Shown here: positions 62,442 through 64,000 of the stretch, in pieces | How positions within the stretch are numbered: position 1 is the first letter of the stretch | How the letters are laid out: the number at the start of each line of letters is the position of its first letter | Assembly (NCBI GenBank): GCA_973895155.1 | Contig: OZ316893.1 | Span: forward strand, 4,136,490-4,200,489 | DNA: 64,000 nt | Direction: 5' to 3' | Source of the DNA: Marsupella aquatica | Lineage: Eukaryota; Plantae; Marchantiophyta | Position numbers and translations under genes: made by a program | The notes under the pieces: generated by a model | The model's database searches: none | What the model saw: only the letters and a program-made list of their open reading frames with translations | Told to the model about the DNA's origin: nothing

Positions 62442-63371
62442 ACAGCATGTGAAGTGATGTACACACAAGTGAGTGACCCACTGTAATGGCTAGACTAGTT
62501 TCTCCTGTCATTATGTTACAAGTTCGAAACTATGTCCTGAGCTTGCTTCTTGATGGGAAGTGTGTCCCAATCTTCACAGGAAGAATGACTGCAGAATTGA
62601 TCGCCTCGAGCTTTGCAAAATGTTTGGCATGGACGCTACGCTTTAGTTCTCTTTGGCAATTGACAAGTTTCACTGAATTGTGCTGAGTGATTAGCAAACG
62701 AGCTCTATTCGAATTGCTTTTGCATAGCTTTTGCATAGCGCCTTCTAGGCAATCAAAGATTGCACGCTTTTGTTCAAGTTGGCAAACATTTTCTGGAAGG
62801 TATGGTTCAAGTGGCTCCCAAAAAAATGAAAAATCCCCAAGTGGCATACCAAAAAACAAGAACAAAAATATCAGTCATACTAAATTACCGCAATTTTATA
62901 GAAATCAATCTATACTGATCAATTCATGATTTCGAAGCTTTCTTATTTCGAGGTTCCAGAAAAGGAAAGTAGACTTTTACTAGACCCAAAGATCTGACTA
63001 CCACTATCTCCATTGTCTTCTGGAAGAACAAGTTGTTGGGACAACAGTAGCTCAAGCTAAATCCCTTTCAAACCCACACATGAGAAGATTGTTATCAGTC
63101 CCAAAGGACAACGAAGAGGGTCCTCACTAAGATTGGATGTCCAAACTCATAGAAATATTCACTCTCAGTAGGCATGCTAGCTAGAATCCCTGATGAAAAT
63201 CACATTTAGTGTGAAGTTAGGATGAAAACCTAAGTAAACAAAAAGTAGAGATTTATATGAACTCTAGTATGAGGGGAGTGAATGTTGATAAACCACAACT
63301 GCACCTGTAAAGGGTTAAGGGTCATCTATAGCATTCATTATACATTGCACAGGTTCAGTTTGTGTTTGGGC

Positions 63372-63890
63372 TTCACAAAAGGTGCTGAGTGCTCCACCTT
63401 TTATGGTGGTAGTGAGGCATGGAAAGAGGCTTTTATAGTGGCAGGTGTGGTTTAACATTTCCCTAATTGTGGATGGCGTGGTTTAACATTTCCCTAATTG
63501 TGGATGGCTGCAAGTAGCCTGAGTATGCTTGACTCTAATATTACTATTAGCTTGAATAAGAATGTGCTTGAGCTCCACAAAAGGTGCTAAGTGCTCCACC
63601 TTTTATGGTGGTAGTGAGGCATGGAATGGGGCTTTTATAGTGGCAGGTGTGGTTTAACACTTGCCTAATTGTGGATGGCTGCAAGTAGCCTGAGTATGCT
63701 TGACTCTAATATTACTATTAGCTTGAATAAGAATGTGCTTGAGCTCCACAAAAGGTGCTGAGTGCTCCACCTTTTATGGTGGTAGTGAGGCATGGAATGG
63801 GGCTTTTATAGTGGCAGGTGTGGTTTAACACTTGCCTAATTGTGGATGGCTGCAAGTAGCCTGAGTATGCTTGACTCTAATATTACTATC
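63372..63890. repeat. Tandem repeat, 3 x ~170 bp
   Basis: cacaaaaggtgct.agtgctccaccttttatggtggtagtgaggcatggaa...gactctaatattactat starts at ~63374, 63576 and 63746. The first unit has a small internal duplication. Confidence 0.92.
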
Positions 63891-64000
63891 AGTAACAGTA
63901 GCTAGTAAAGTTTGGCATTGTTTGAAGACAAAGGTCGTAAGATTGATGCAGCTAATCTCTTGTTCCGACCATCTCTTTTTCAGTACCCCACCCAATTTTT

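Overview
Eukaryotic nuclear DNA from a land plant. Gene content, spliceosomal GT-AG introns and a plastid rRNA fragment support this; a bryophyte or other non-seed plant is my inference. Host genes: a 5-exon mitochondrial carrier, an intronless fungal-type SDR oxidoreductase, an intronless DUF707 gene, an equilibrative nucleoside transporter, tRNA-Ser(AGA), TGD1, mitochondrial aspartate aminotransferase, TAF9 and glyoxalase II. Mobile DNA: (1) a decayed DUF3504/Crypton-type tyrosine-recombinase element (~14.9-18.8 kb) bounded by two related palindromic sites, one a 142-nt rod-shaped hairpin, and followed by a ~250-bp mini-unit with the same ends. This is the most unusual system in the window. 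(2) A very young full-length Ty1/copia element (51870-58473, TSD GAGTC) with gag and pol separated by one in-frame TGA, inserted in inverted orientation into an older related solo LTR (TSD TTTCA). Also present: a tRNA-headed SINE-like element, a plastid 23S rRNA insertion, a 54-bp minisatellite with higher-order structure, and several other tandem or dispersed repeats. All calls were made by eye; no database searches were run.
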